From NCBI RefSeq assembly GCF_009914755.1, contig NC_060942.1: a DNA stretch of 64,000 nucleotides. One strand, written 5' to 3'. Shown piece after piece: positions 1-16,188 of this stretch. Every line of letters starts with the position of its first letter. The first letter of the stretch is position 1. Below the pieces are notes generated by a model that was not told where the DNA came from, did not search any database, and worked only from the letters and a program-made list of their open reading frames with translations. The DNA is from the human T2T-CHM13v2.0 reference genome, Homo sapiens. The translations under genes were made by a program, and so were the position numbers.

Positions 1-390
1 TCTGACGTTGGCCCTGGAAACGAGGACACGTCAGCCACGAGGACCTGGCTCTGTCTGTCCAGCTCCAGGTAGTTTAATTGCCGGAGCAAAAGCCCTCACT
101 TGAGATTTTGGCCGATGGTCCCTCTGCCCTCTTCAGAGCTTAGGCGTGGGTTGGATGAGGGTGGGCTGTGGGCATGTCACAGATCCACTGGGCCAGGCTC
201 TGAGCAGCCGCCCTCCGGGAACCAAGCCCCCCTTTCTGGGCTAAGCCCATGGTGATGATTTCCTTAGCTTCTTGTCCTAGGAGCCCCTCAGGTCTATGTT
301 TTTGTAACAGCTTTTTTGAAATGCAACTCAAATGGCATAGCATTCACTCATTTAATGTGTACAATTCAGCAGGGTTTTTATGATTATTAA

Positions 391-680
<290 letters not shown>

Positions 681-1332
681 ACAATTCCACAGTATAGCAC
701 ATTTTAGTATTTTCATCACTGCACCCAACTTTAGAACATTGCACCACTCCAAAAGGAAACTCATGCCCTTTAGCTGTCACCCTCACACCTCACACACACC
801 TGTGTGTGTCCCTGGCCCCACACAGCCATTGATCTGCCTCTTTCTCTGTCTGTGGACTTTGCTATTCTGGCTCACATAAGACCTGGCCTTCTATGACTGT
901 CTTTCTTCACTGAGCGTGTTCTCAAGGCTCATCCACAATGCAGCCTGTGTCAGCACATCAAGTTACCATGCAGTATTTCATTTTATCACAATTAGTTTAT
1001 TCTTTCATGAGTAAATAGGCATCTGGGTTATTTCCACCTTTTAGCTATCATGAATAGTGTGGCTATGAACATTCGTACACAAGCTTTTGGCAAATTTTCA
1101 TTTCTTGGAAGTTACATGGAATGCATGGAGCTGCTGGGTGAGATGGCTGCTTCCTGCTTCATCTCTTGAGAAATTGCTGCCTGGTTTTCCACAGCGGCTG
1201 CACCATTTCCCTCCGTTCTCTTGTAAAGCAGCTTCTTGTGGTCTCTTTTACCAGCACTGTAGAAATGTCCAGGCGTATTGAAGTCCCACTAAAGCTGAAA
1301 CTGGAGATGTTGCTTTAATTATACTCACACAA

Positions 1333-1516
<184 letters not shown>

Positions 1517-1563
1517 CTAAGCAAGAGAATCAGAGTCTGCCTTTAAAAAAATTTATACTAGCT

Positions 1564-2190
<627 letters not shown>

Positions 2191-2411
2191 ATTATACTAA
2201 CACTTACATGGTATTTTTATAATGTTTTTTCTATAATTCCTTTCTGTCTAGTCATTTATTTTCTTCACAAAATATCTGTGTGCTTGGATACCGTTATCTG
2301 TATATGAAATAATGAAACAGAAGGTTTTAGAGTTTTGACCAAGTCACATAACAAATATCTAAACCGAAGAGTTGCACCAGGTTTCCAACCCAAATTTCAG
2401 TGTGCAATTTA

Positions 2412-2741
<330 letters not shown>

Positions 2742-2910
2742 AGCATAAAGTAATGACAGAGTAGGGGAAAGGGAGATTAAAAAGAAGCATATGAATGTAT
2801 TTATTACCACTGAACTGCACACTTAAAAATAGTAAAGATGGTAAATTTTACATGTATATTTTACCTCAATTTTTTTAAGTATAAAAAGTTTTAAATTAAA
2901 AAAAAAATTG

Positions 2911-3455
<545 letters not shown>

Positions 3456-6449
3456 TCAGGCAGGATCCTGGGGGTGCAGCAAGGACTGTGGATGCACCTC
3501 AGTGTTTCTTACAGTGTCGTACTCTGCACATAATAGAAATTCAAAAATATTCTTTGATGGACTTGTTCCAAACATCCAGGAAACGACTCCCCTGCTGCTT
3601 TTGGCTGAGGCTGCCAGGGCACACGCACAGGTTGTCTTGCAGAAGGGCAGGGTGTCTAGTTGAAGACGGGGTGTCGGATGAGTGCATTAGGCTCCATCCA
3701 CCCATAGCCCAACTTCAATGAGAATAAAGGGATTGTTTGAGGGGCATAAACCTACCAAGGAGAAGAGAATGGGAGAAGACAAACAGCAACAGAAGTTTGG
3801 AAGATGAAGTGCAGGTAGATAAGCAGAGATGACCCACAGGACGGAGGAGGCTGAATTCTAAGTCAGCCCTGCAAAAGCCAAGGGACAACCCCAGTGACAC
3901 CACAGGACACCCCCAAAGGCTTAGAATCGGAGGCACTGGCACCATTAAAAGTGAGGATGAAGGTGACACCCAAAAACAGAAGAATCCCTTGAAAATCTGT
4001 TTTTTTTTTTAAGAAAATCAGACCAGCAGACCCCTCTCCAGCAACCGGACATTAGACTCTAGGGACGCCCCTTGCGTGTAGGTAGGTGCATGGCCTGCAC
4101 TGCGTGCACGTTCACATGCTGGGTTCTTCCCCCAAAGGGAACCTAAAGGGCAGAGTTGGAGAACCCGTCCCTATCCTGCTTTCATCGGGGGATGCAGACG
4201 TTGGAGTTTTCCTAAGAAAACAACTCAGCTCAATCATTCATCCCACGTCGAAGATCAGAGTCCACAGGCCCCCGTCACCCCCTCGGCCTTCAACCAGCTT
4301 TTGGGAGTCCTACTCTAAAATGTGAGCAGACAGCAAAGACAGGCAGATGCAGGGAGGAGCCCTCTGCCACGCAGAGAGAGGCCACGGTGAACAAACTGCT
4401 CAAACAGCTCTGAGGACATGGAGGCTCCTCGGAAGGTAACAACTGAAAACCATCACTAGTATCTGGAGACATGAGAGAGAAAAGTGCATCAATGAGCTGA
4501 AAGCAGATTGCTCTGAGAACCATCAGAGAACCAAAATGCTTTCGGAAATAAGACCATGTTAGGAAAACCTCGAAAGACTCTGCAGTGCAGGAGGAAGTGA
4601 ATGGGAGGACAGAGGAAATGCTGGCGATCAAGAGCTTACAAATACCAAGCTTGGTGGAAGGCGCATTACAGCATTCTCTTGACTTTTGCACATGTTTAAA
4701 TAAATCGTTTATTTCCCATAATATAAAAGTTCTAAACAATATGATAGCAAAACTGAAAACCTCAATAAAAGTGCCAAACTATAAAAGTAAGTAAGAAAAA
4801 TAGATAATCCAAGAGGTAATAAGAATTCCAGAAAAATGGAATACAAAGGCAGATATATCAATCAGAATGTGATTGGAGAAACAGAACTGCTACTAGTGAA
4901 ATAGAATAAGGAGTTTATTTTAGGTTTTGGACCTCACATGACTGTGAGAGCTGGGGGAGCTGTGTGAAGCCCTGAATGGCAGTCAGGCCAGAAGTTACCA
5001 TGGCTCAGCCACCCAGGGAGGGTTAGGTGAACAGGTACAGACAAGAGCAAACATGGCTGAAACCCACGAGGGGACCCTATGAAGACAGCCCGACTCTCAG
5101 CACAAACCGGAACCCAAGTCTATCTCTCACCGCCTCCAAGTCAATGCTGTGGGAACTCCTTCTCCACAGACCCACAATGCACTTGGATCAGGATTCCAAG
5201 AAGGTGCAGGAGAGGACCTGGTGGCAGCCAGGGGGCTGTGAGGCTGTGAGCTGCCCAGCCAAGGTCAACGATTGCAAGCTGCCAGGGCACCCAGCACTGA
5301 CCTTCTGGACACAAAAATAAGGTTCTTGTTTCCCTTCTGCCTTCTCAATCCTTCTCAAAATGTCTGTGGCCAATTCCAACCCAGACCACATAGGGAAGGG
5401 AACTCAGGGAAGTTTCTCCCCTACTGAATCAAGCTGGTTAGGTACAAGGTCAGCACAGCCGCTCCTCTTGGCCATGCACTCCACACCCCTTGAACCACAC
5501 TTAACTTTCAGGGAAAGGTAGTAACAAAATCACGCTTTCATCCAGTATGGCTTGTAGTAATCACCTGTACAACCAATGATGGACCAACTTGTTCCCCAAA
5601 GGGGTTGTAACGTCCCCTTTACATCTTTCGAGATGTTTGTTCTCTTTCTGACTGAGTCAGCCCTCTGATACCCTAAAACTTAAACACTGAGACAGCAGGA
5701 TAACTACCACTGACACATCTTATATCATGGAAGAGGAGAGGAAGAAAACGTTATGTCCGTAACTATTCCTGCCTTTGTTTCAGTGACCGTTGGAGCTGGC
5801 ATTCATGACCGCATTCTCTTGCCATCCATCGCTAACCCTCTGCTCTCAGCAAGTACCCTGCAGTTTATGTTCCTTGCCTGGTGGGGTGACCCAAACCTTT
5901 ATTCCGGAAGGGTCTGAGCCATTCGCATTCCTGCCTGTATTCTAGAATATTCTTCCCTGCCCTCATTGTTTAGAAGCAACCTAATTTCCCCTGGATAGTT
6001 GGGGCTAAGCATTCCAGCCAGTACAGTGACCCCCTTCTTTGCTGGTTCAAGCTCCCCTGACAGGAAGTGCTCAGAGTGCTAATGGGGTTGACTCCACTGC
6101 CAGCCCAGTGAACCAGTCCTGTGGGGGTATGTCCTGAGATGGGAGCATCCCGCCAGGGAGCTAAGACCTCAGATCAGCAGATCCTAAAGTTTCAGGGACA
6201 GGAAGAACATGTGTCAGTAGCAGAGCTCAGGGAGAAATCATGGGAGAAGTCATTCTAATTCCAGCCCATGAACCCTGGTTGTGGAAAAATAGAACCACAC
6301 ACTGGCCACCGAGCGGAGCATTTGCACCCTGCCTCCTGGGGAGTAAGATTCCCACCCAGCAAGGCGCTTGTGTCTTCAAAAGGCCATTTCACCCTTTCAT
6401 CAAGCCAGCTCCTTCACAGTGCGGGGGGACCTGGCAATCCCAGCATATT

Positions 6450-6870
6450 CAGGTCCCCAGGCTTCTATAGAAAGTCACCACAGACTAGGTGGCCTAAACA
6501 ACATGAATTTATTCCCCCACTGTTCTGGGGGCCAGGAGTCTTCAGTCAAGTTGTTAGCAGGGCCATGCTCCTTTCCCAGGCTCTAGGGAGGACCCTTCCT
6601 GCCTCCTCCAGTGCCGTGTGGCTCCAGGTGCTCCTTGGCTTGTGCCTGGCCATGACAATCTCTGCCTCTGTTGCCACGTGGCTGTCTCCTCTGTGTTGCT
6701 CTTATAAGGACACTTGTCATTGCATTTAGGGCCCACATGGTAATGCAGGATCGTCACATTCTGAGATCCTTAACTGCATGTGTACAGTTCTGTTTTCCAC
6801 ATAAGGTCACATTCAAGGTTCCAGGGGTTAGGACATGAACATATGTTTCAGATGCCATCATTCAACTCAC
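6450..6870 (-). mobile_element. MLT1-like MaLR LTR
   Basis: caccacagactaggtggcctaaacaac...cttataaggacacttgtcattg...ggttaggacatgaacata. Confidence 0.75.
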
Positions 6871-7025
6871 TTCACTCAGCAAATTCCATGGGTATAATCC
6901 AGGGAGACTGTATAAAATCAGTCTCTTGGATAGAAGCAATGCTGTAGAGAACACCATTCTCTGTGTCCAGGGGTGGTGACTTGGACTGAAATATCAAAGC
7001 TGGGGAAGGCAAATCATGTCCAGAG

Positions 7026-7401
7026 TGCTGTGGTCTGAATGTCCCTGAAATTCACGTGTTGAGACATAATCATCATTGTGATCATAGGAAGAGGTGAGCT
7101 TTTAGGAGGTGAATAAGTCATGGCGATGGAGCCCTCGTGGGTGGGATGAGGGCCTTATAGAAGGGCTCAGGGATGAGTTTTCTCTGCTGACTCTCCCACC
7201 ACGTGAGGGCACAGCACTCATCCTCTTTGCCTTTTTGGCCCCTCCTGACAGACAAGGCTGCAAAAAGGCCCTCACCAGGCACCAGATGCCAGTGGCTTGG
7301 TCTTGGACTTCCCAGCCATCAGAGTTGGAAATACATTTCTGTTCCTCATTAGTTACCCAGTGTGTGGCATTTTGTTATAGCAGCACAAACAAAAGAAGAC
7401 A
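7026..7401 (+). mobile_element. MLT1A/MST-like MaLR LTR
   Basis: tgctgtggtctgaatgtcc...cttggacttcccagcc...tttgttatagcagcacaaac. Confidence 0.78.
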
Positions 7402-7489
7402 CCCACCGGATTAGATTCTGGGTTTGGTTTCCAGAACTCTCAGCCTTGTGGCTACAGGGGTGAGGGTTTCTTTATTATTAATCTTTATC

Positions 7490-7769
7490 TTTAGAGACAG
7501 GACCTCACTCTGCCACCCACGCTGGAGTGCAGTGGCATAATCACAGCTCACTGCAGCCTCCAACTCCTGGGCTCAAAGGATCCCTCTGCCTCAGGAGGAC
7601 CTGTAGCTGGGACTACAGGCGAGTGCCACCATACCTGGCTAATTATTTTTTGTAGAAATGAGGTCTCACTCTGTTGCTCACTCTGGTCTGAAACTCCTGG
7701 CCTTGAGCAACCCTTCTGCTGTGGCCACCCAAAGTGCTGGGGTCACAGGCGTGAGCCGTCACTCCTGGC
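7490..7769 (-). mobile_element. AluJ-like
   Basis: Diverged dimer. Confidence 0.85.
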
Positions 7770-8301
7770 TATGTGGGTTTCTTTTAAGGACTCACAGACA
7801 CTTTCTGGTCACTTACAAGGACCTTAAGCTGGAAATTTGGAATTCTGAGACCACCATTTTCTCTTCCCAATTTTTCCAGTGCTCACAGAAGCAAGCAAGC
7901 AACCCTAGTGTATCAATTATTTTTGCAAACAAAATCTGTGGCCATAACTGCTTGTTCACCCACACCCTTGCCTCCTACAGGCACTTGACTAGAGGCATTT
8001 ACAAATTTGCTTTGAAGAAACAGTTTGGCTGTCACATGCCATGCGCAACCAGTGTTCCATTCACCGTTGTCAACAAAGTCGTTAGTACTTGAAAATCGAA
8101 CCAGAGAAGACCAGTTCTCAAGAACATGGCACTCATCCAGGAGCCTGTCCCAAGGCTCTGCTCCTCCATGCCCCTTTCAGGACCAGTCTCAGGTGAGGCT
8201 GGAGAGGCGGAGCTGCTCTATGGGTGCAGAGCAGGGGTGGGTTATGGGAGTAGACCTTGCACAACTGTGGGGGCTGGGGGCCACTGTGGTCCTGAATGCG
8301 G

Positions 8302-8379
8302 TGGTCAGGAGATGGCTGGCTGTGGACTCGGCAGGACAAGCTGGTCAGGAGACGGCTGGCTGTGGACTCAGCAGGACAA
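8302..8379. repeat. 40-bp tandem duplication (2 copies)
   Basis: tggtcaggaga(t/c)ggctggctgtggactc(g/a)gcaggacaa occurs twice with period 40. Confidence 0.9.
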
Positions 8380-9578
8380 ATTGAGATCTGGTGCCCACAG
8401 GGCAAAGGAGAGCCTGTGCCTTGTCAGGCCACCTCCAACCTCAAGCCTGTGTATGGCTGGCAGGAAGGGCTGGGCCCTTCGGAGCTGCACACTCTGGTCC
8501 AGGACATGGGCATTGGAAGGTCTGGCAGGGGCTGGGGAAGCTGTGGTCCAGGTCATGCCCACCCCACACCCACACTGTGGAGCCTTCTTAGCTCCAAAGT
8601 GCTCAGTGCCCCCATATTGGTCCTTTTTTTTTTCTTTGGTGCTGGTGGTGTGGGTGGTATGTATTTAATTAGATAATACATGACCTTTCAAAGGAATCAA
8701 TGCAGCCTGTATGTAAGCAAGGAAATAAACAAACCCACCATCCTATTTACAAACTAGAAAATTAGCTGGGTACAATGGTGCATGCCTATCATCCTGGCTA
8801 CTCCTTTGAGCCCGGGAGTTCAAGACCAGCCTGGGTGGTGTAGAAAGACCCTGTCTCCATTTAAAAAAAAAAAAACCTAGACAATTACTAGTGCTCTCTG
8901 GTGTGTCCCCCCAACCCGCAGAGATGACTACTATCTTTACTTTTGTGCTAGTTGTTTTCTTCCTTTTTCTTTTTCTAAAAATTGTGGTAAAATAGACATA
9001 ACATGAAATTCACTGGTTTAGCCATTTGTAAGTGGACAGTTCCATGGCATTAAGCATACAATGTTGTGCAGCCATCACCACCATCATCTCCAGAACCCTT
9101 CCATCTGCCCAAACTGAAGCTCTGTCCTCATTCAGCACTGACTCCCCAACCCCCACCCCCACCCCCTGGCCCCAACCATTTCACTTTCTGTTTCTAGGAA
9201 TTGGACTCCTCTACGGACCACCTACAATAGAATACTGCAATATTTGCCCTTCTGTGTCTAGCTTATTGCACAGCATAATGTTTCCAAAATGTATTGATTT
9301 CAGGGTGTAAAGACTATGGCCCCAGTTTCACTTCAGCTTTTGAGAGTTCATGCAAAATGTCTTTGTGGCCTGTGCTGACCCAGAGCCATAAGGGGAAGGA
9401 TTTGCCAAGCAGCTGAAGCTTAGCTATGTTAATACATACAAATCTATCACCAAAGGAAGGAAACTATTAGAGCAATAACTTTAAAAAATGTCCCAGGACT
9501 GAAGGACACTAGTGTCTTATCAGAAGGGGCCCACCAAATGCCAAGTAAAATGGATAAAATTATACCCTCAAGAAAAAT

Positions 9579-9975
9579 TGGCCGGATGCGGTGGCTCATG
9601 CTTGTAATCCCAGCACTTTGGGAGTCTGAGGCAGGAGATTCTTTTAGCTCAGGAGTCGGAGACCAGCCTGACCAACATGATCAAACTCCGTCTCTACTAA
9701 AAATACAGAAAATTAGCCAGGCGAGGCATGGTGGCACATACCTGTAATCCCAGCTACTTGGGAGGCTGAGGCAGGAGAATTGTTTGAAACCGGGAGGCAG
9801 AGGTTGCAGTGAGCCAAGATCGGACTCCGTCTCCAAAAAAAAAAAAAAAAAAAAAAAGCCCAGTGGCACACACTTGTCATCCCAACTATTTGGGGTGGGG
9901 GGAAGATTGCTAATCATGCCACTGCACCCTGGCTTGGGTGAGAGAGTGAGACCCTGTCTCAAAATAAATAAATAA
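9579..9975 (+). mobile_element. AluS-like element followed by a partial Alu right arm
   Basis: Dimer with A-tail to 9857, then a degenerate right arm. Confidence 0.85.
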
Positions 9976-10369
9976 TGAAAATTACAAACAGAAAAATAAT
10001 GATGAAATTTCAGGACAAAGGCAAGTCCATAAAAGCTTCCAGAGAAAGAGCAATTTTCATACAAGGCTAAGGATTTCATGTAAGGGACTTCATTCCATAT
10101 AAAGACTCAACTGCAAAGCTAGGCTCTAGAAAAACATGGAGCAGGGTCTTCAAAATCCTGAAGACAAGTATTTCCAACCTGGAATTTCATACCAGTTAAG
10201 GTGAAGGTGTAGAGACGCTTTCAGAGGTGTGAGGTCTAGAAACCTTTTCCTGTCATGAGCCCTTCTCAGGAAACTGCTAGGGGAGAAAACAAGGGAGTAG
10301 ACTGCCAAGAGGGAAAAGGTTTCAGGACCAGGAAGAAGGTCAGCAGGAGAGCAGCCACTGCATCTCCAT

Positions 10370-10900
10370 ATGGCGGTTGGGCCGGGGTCCCCAGGACCAC
10401 CTCAGGCTTGATGGTTCACGAGAAGGACTCCCAGGACTCAGCACATGATCTAACTCCCGCCCACCCACTAGAGCGACCGAGTGTCCGGCACAGCCGGTCA
10501 AGGGAAAAGGTGTGTGAGGTGAGGTCAGAAGAAGGCAGGCACCGTCTCCAGCACCCTCTCCCACTGGACCCACTGGACTCACTGGACCTGCGAATTCTCT
10601 CAGCAAAGAGCGGCAACACGTGTGAAGTGTTGTCCACCAGGGCAGCTCCTTAGACCCCCCAGGGCTTCTGCTGGGGGTCTCACACAGGCACCCTCTTCTT
10701 GGCGTGCACCAAGATTCCAGAATTCGAGAAGGAATGCAGGTGTTCAGGAAAAACGCCTCGGGCATGGAGAGGCACTGTCAGGTTGCTGGGAGCCCTCCTG
10801 AAATCCGAGTCCCCAGAGGCCAGCCCAGGGTCAGCCTGGTAAGCAGACCCTATAGAGGATGGCAGTCAGGCCTGCTTGTTAACTCTTTTCTGCATCATCC
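10370..10900. mobile_element. MER21-like LTR remnant
   Basis: ggggtccccaggaccacctcaggcttgatggttcacgagaaggactcccaggactcagc. Confidence 0.6.
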
Positions 10901-11209
10901 TTTGAAGGGAGAAGTCAAAAAGAGCAGCTGATCAAGAGTTAGCCCAACAGACCTCAGGTGCCGAGGGGAGCAGCTGCAGCCGACCCTGCGTCCAGATGAG
11001 AGAGAGCCAGGGGTAAATTGCCGGGTAGGCAGACTATTTGGCCTCTTTTACTTCAATAGTGAGAGGCAGCCATCTCCTCCTCCAAATCACAGCAATGGAA
11101 GAACCCAGCAACACCAAAGATGGCTCCTCTGCTGTAGGCTGGAGCTGGGCCCGTTAACTATCAAGGTTTTCCTTTTGCTTTCATCTGGAAGATCTGGAAG
11201 GCACATATG

Positions 11210-11648
11210 TTTTTTTTTTTTCCTTTCCAATTTTTATTTTAGGTTCGGGGGTACATGGGCAGGTTTGTTATGTGGGTAAATTGTGTGTTGCAGGGGCTTG
11301 GTGTACGGACTATTTCATCACCCAGGTAAGCAGCACGGTATGGGATCCTCATCTTCATCCCACCCCCACCCTCAGGTAGGCCCCAGGGTCTACTGTCTCC
11401 TCCGTGTGTCCATGTGTACTCAGTGTTTGCCTTCCAGTTATAAGTGAGAACACGCGGTGTTTCGTTTTCTCTTCTCGCATTAGTTCACTTAGAATAATGA
11501 CCTCCAGCTTCACCCACGTGTCTACAAAAGACATGGCTTCATTCTTTATTATGGCTGTGTAGTATTCCATGGTGTATATGGACCACATTTTCCTTATCCA
11601 ATTTACCACTGATGGGCATTTAGGTTCCTTTCATGTGTTTGCTATTGC
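11210..11648 (-). mobile_element. Old L1PA/L1PB 3'-end fragment
   Basis: ORF2 C-terminus (WIRKMWSIYTMEYY), 3'UTR and poly-T; probable TSD cacatatg(t/c)ttt on both sides. Confidence 0.85.
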
Positions 11649-13311
11649 CACATATGCTTTAATATTGACTCTCTCTTTACATATTTATGTAATGTATGTA
11701 TAAAATATAATAAAATCTCATTTTATATAACTCTCTTAATGGAAATGCAATTTTTACAAAATAAATTCTTATTTCCATTTTTCCAAAATAAACTATTTTA
11801 CATATCTCAACATAAAATTATCATATGGTAGTACTTGTTATTACACCTTCTCTTTGGAATTTTCAAGATAATTTTTGCATTACTATTAAAAACATCCTGC
11901 ATGATATCTTCTGGGCTTCCACTAAGAATTTGGAAGTAATTATCTTCATCTACCTGAAGTGGTAGAGACATAAATGAAACTTTAACAACAGAATATACTT
12001 CCTTTAGGAGCTGTATGAAGAGATTTTCCGTTTCTGTCATTGTTGAGACTGTGGTTGTGCCAAGAAAGAAATTCTTAAGCATTAAGTTTAAGGAGGTGAG
12101 ACCTTGTCAGCCACACAGTGGGCAATACAGAAGAGCCTCATCCATCCCAACCCCAACCAACCATAGCCAGACCCCAAAGAGTGAGATTTTAGTCCAGTTT
12201 ATTTATTCTTTACCAACCTTTGAAACTTCCATGACAAGCTATTAATTACGTTTTTTTCTCTTGTGACAGTAATTTAAACATCTGTGGTTCATTACAAAGC
12301 AGTAATTGAGGGAATGTTTAAAGGAAACTATGAGCCACTAAATACATTCATCTAAATGCATTTCACCTGATGCCAAACAACAGCAAGCCCCTCTCAAGTT
12401 CCCAGGCTTTGTGGGGTATGACCAAAGCTCCTCGTGCAGTCTACGTGCCATGTGTGCATGCACACACACGTATTTGCCCCTGACTTAAGTTTTTCTTTCT
12501 GGAAATCAGAAGCTAGGATATATTACGAGACAAAAATATTTTGGTTTTTAATTATTAACTTGCTATAATTAATATGAAAGCATTGTGTGGTAAATTGAAT
12601 AAAAATCTCAGTATTGTGGCTGCATTTTCCTCCTTTTATTACTGATCAAGGCATCATCAACCTTGAAGGGGCACTTAATCGTCCTCTTCTGAAGACACAT
12701 CTATGCAGTGGGTGAAATATGATGTTGGACATCCTGTGTTTTGGTCTATGCTGGAATGTTCTGAATTCAGATATATGGTAGACAGGAGTAGGAGTAAAGT
12801 TGATTTTTGTTCACTAACTCCACATCTTCCATCCCCTGACTACTGCGAGAGAGAATGCATTTCTCTCCAGGGAGAATCCCATGAGAGCAAAGTGAGGAAA
12901 GCATCGGTAGGAAATAACGAACGCTGAAATCAGCCTTTTACAAATGTATTTAAAGACAGCTCTTACAAGGTTCCTCTTTCATGGTAGTGTTTGATTTTTA
13001 AGTGTGCATTACAAGAGCAGTCTCTCAACTTTTTTGCACATTGACCCCTAAAATAATTTTGGGAAAGTATGTATCCCTTCACACATTATATGTGGACAAC
13101 TAAACATTTTCGTTATAGGTATAGTTATCAATCATGTATTTTTGGCATATCATAAAGTATTGACATTTAAAAATAAAACATCGTCTTTTCAAACATGTTA
13201 AATGACATTGAAATTCCACAATAATGTGATACTTGCTCTTATCCATAAAGAATACTTAAAAAGCTCCTCTTTAACATGTGAAAACTTATGTCTTTTTGCT
13301 AAAATATAATT

Positions 13312-13615
13312 TTCTTTTCTTTTTTTATTTTTTGAGACAGGATCTCCCTCTGTCACCCAGGCTGGGGTACAGAGGTGTGATCTTGCCTCAGTGTAACCTC
13401 AACCTCCTGGGCCCAGGTGATCCTCCCACCTCAGCCTCCTGAGTAGCTGGGACCACAGGCCCGTGCCACCAAGCCCAGCTAATTTTTTGTATGTTTGCAG
13501 AGACAGGGTTTCACTATGCTGCCCAGGCTGGTCTCAGATTCCTGAGCCCAAGCAACCTGCCTGTCTCGGTCTCCCAAAGTGCTGGGATTACAGGCATGAA
13601 CCACTGTGCTTGGCC
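13312..13615 (-). mobile_element. AluJ-like
   Basis: Dimer flanked by taaa(a/g)tataattttc TSD-like repeats. Confidence 0.9.
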
Positions 13616-13883
13616 TAAAGTATAATTTTCAAAGAGGTAAAATTACAATGCTCATGCAAGATTTTATTCAACTTATTAATCAATGAAGGAAGATATAATG
13701 AGTAAGATGTAGAACTGGTTCAAAGAGTATTTTAGGACCTAGAGATATTGAGGCAATTTTCTAAAGGAATATTAAGATAAGATTGTTTGGTTAGAAACAA
13801 AACTGGTTGATCTCCTAAAGGACAATAAGCTATATCCTTTGAAGTATATTTTCCTATTTGTTTTAAAATGTAGGTTTTATTAT

Positions 13884-14362
13884 TGTTTAGATATAGTGAG
13901 GCCAACAGATCAGGAGATGACGGCCACAGAAAACACAGTTTGTTAGAGCTCCCACAGGAAGGGGCCACACCATGCCACGCCACACAGGGTTGGGGCACAG
14001 AGGGAAAGAGGCAAGACAAGAGCCTTTGTAGTGGCTTCCAAGGGAAGGCCGGGCAAGGCGGGGAGAACAGGCTGGGCAGGTTTGGCCTTGGCTGATGTGA
14101 TCAGCAGGCCCTGGCATGAAGGACTGTCCTCCCTGTCTCTGGCCTCACTCTATGGTAAGCAGGGCAAGGGCACAGTGGCCTGGAATGCAAGAGCTTATCC
14201 AACCAATCGAGGTGGCTGGCGGGATTGGCGGCTTGCATGTGAAACGTGTGCTTGCAGGTGAGTCATCTGCTATCTCTAAGAATGGATGAGCCGTAGGCAG
14301 GACGGGCTCTCCCCTTTTAGCCAGAGCATCAAGAATATAGAAAATAAAATGTAGTTAATACG
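13884..14362. mobile_element. LTR remnant (MER77/MER68-like, tentative)
   Basis: gaggccaacagatcaggagatgacggcca...agtttgtta signature; LTR-sized block. Confidence 0.45.
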
Positions 14363-14609
14363 CATCAAAGCAGAAACTATTTGTACCTCTATTGGCAAAC
14401 ATCTTCAAGTTAACATGCAATTTTGCCAACTCAAAGACTTTCATCAACTAGTAAGCAGTGAGTTGAACAAAGTACGTTCCCCTCATCTTTGGGTGGGACT
14501 GTCCCTTTGTATGACATTAAATGACATTCATTTCTCCTTTTTGCCTTACTTTCGCATTCTAGCCATCAGTATCATCTTCCCAAAACTCAGGTGGCAACTT
14601 GAGGTTAGA

Positions 14610-14780
14610 GGTTAAGGGTATGGCCTTTGGCACCTGGGTTGAAGCCTGACTGTGCAGCTGTGAGCACTGTGACCTCGGGCAGATTGCCTAACTCCTCTGT
14701 GCTCCAGGCTCCTCATCTGGGGAAAGGTGAAGGATACTCACAGAGCTTACCTCACAGGGAGGCTACTATAATCAATGGTT
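14610..14780 (+). mobile_element. MIR-like SINE remnant
   Basis: ctgtgacctcgggcagattgcctaactcctctgtgctcc...cctcatctg core. Confidence 0.6.
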
Positions 14781-14869
14781 GCATGGCGTATATTTTTCTA
14801 TGCTTTTACTTTCAACTTTTCTGGGTCTTTCTATTTAATGTGAGATCTCTGAGACGTCAAGCATATAGT

Positions 14870-15028
14870 TGTTTTTTTTTTTCTTTTCTCTTTTTGTTTT
14901 TGTTTCAATTAGAGACGGAGTTTTGCCATGTTGCCCAGGCTGGTCTCAAACTCCCAGCCTCTAGCCATCTGCCCGCCTCAGCCTCCCCAAGTGTTGGGAT
15001 TACAGGTGTAAGCCACCGCACCCGGTTG
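14870..15028 (-). mobile_element. Alu left monomer (FLAM-like)
   Basis: Left-arm Alu sequence with T-rich tail. Confidence 0.85.
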
Positions 15029-15376
15029 GGTTTTATTTTTAATGCAATCTGACAATCTGACTTTTTATTGAGGTATTTAGTCTGTTTACATTTAATATAC
15101 ATAAACTGACCTTCGGGTTTGTCTCTACCATCTTCTTTGTTTCCTGCTTATTCCATCTGTTCTTTTTTCTTTAAACTTCTTTCACAGCTTCCTTGAAGTA
15201 ATAAAGTATTTTTATTATTCCTCTTCCTCCCTCCATTAACTTGTCAGTTAAACATTCTGTTGTTATTCTTTTCATGATTGCGCTAGGGTGGCATTGACCA
15301 ATGGAGCCTTCTGCCGTGAGACAGCCATTCTGTGCCTGTCTTTCCCTCTTACACCACCCACTCTTTCCTGTAGAAT

Positions 15377-15585
15377 AGGGATGTGCAAACGTTCTCTCTA
15401 AAGGACCAGATGGTAAATATTTTAGGCTTTACAGGTTATATGGTCTCGGTAGCATCTTCTTAACTCTACCATCATAGCTTGAGAGCAGCCATAGGTAATA
15501 AGTCAACAGATTAGCGTGATTGTGTTTCAAAAGCACTTAATTTACAAAGCGGGTGGCAGGTGGCTTTTGCCCGCCAGCTGGCCTG
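15377..15585. mobile_element. MER58-like hAT DNA element
   Basis: aaaggaccagatggtaaatattttaggcttt...gcagccatag signature. Confidence 0.75.
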
Positions 15586-15858
15586 CATCTACTCCATAGC
15601 CTCATGCTCTTTGAGGTAGCCTTGCTCCCAGGGCTCCAACTCAGGATGGATTCTATTCAGGGTCAACAATTTTCCTCATCTAATCTCTTTGGTCTAGGGG
15701 TGAAACCAGTTTTCCACTATTGCTTCTCCCAGTTAATTCATCAAAAATATTTGGCTTTCTTATTTCCATCCCTACCTCTGCAAACAGCTCCTGAAACTCT
15801 CTTCAGTTGAACGCTTTAAGTATGTCATCTTTTTCCTATCAAGATACCCACTGGGGGA

Positions 15859-16188
<330 letters not shown>

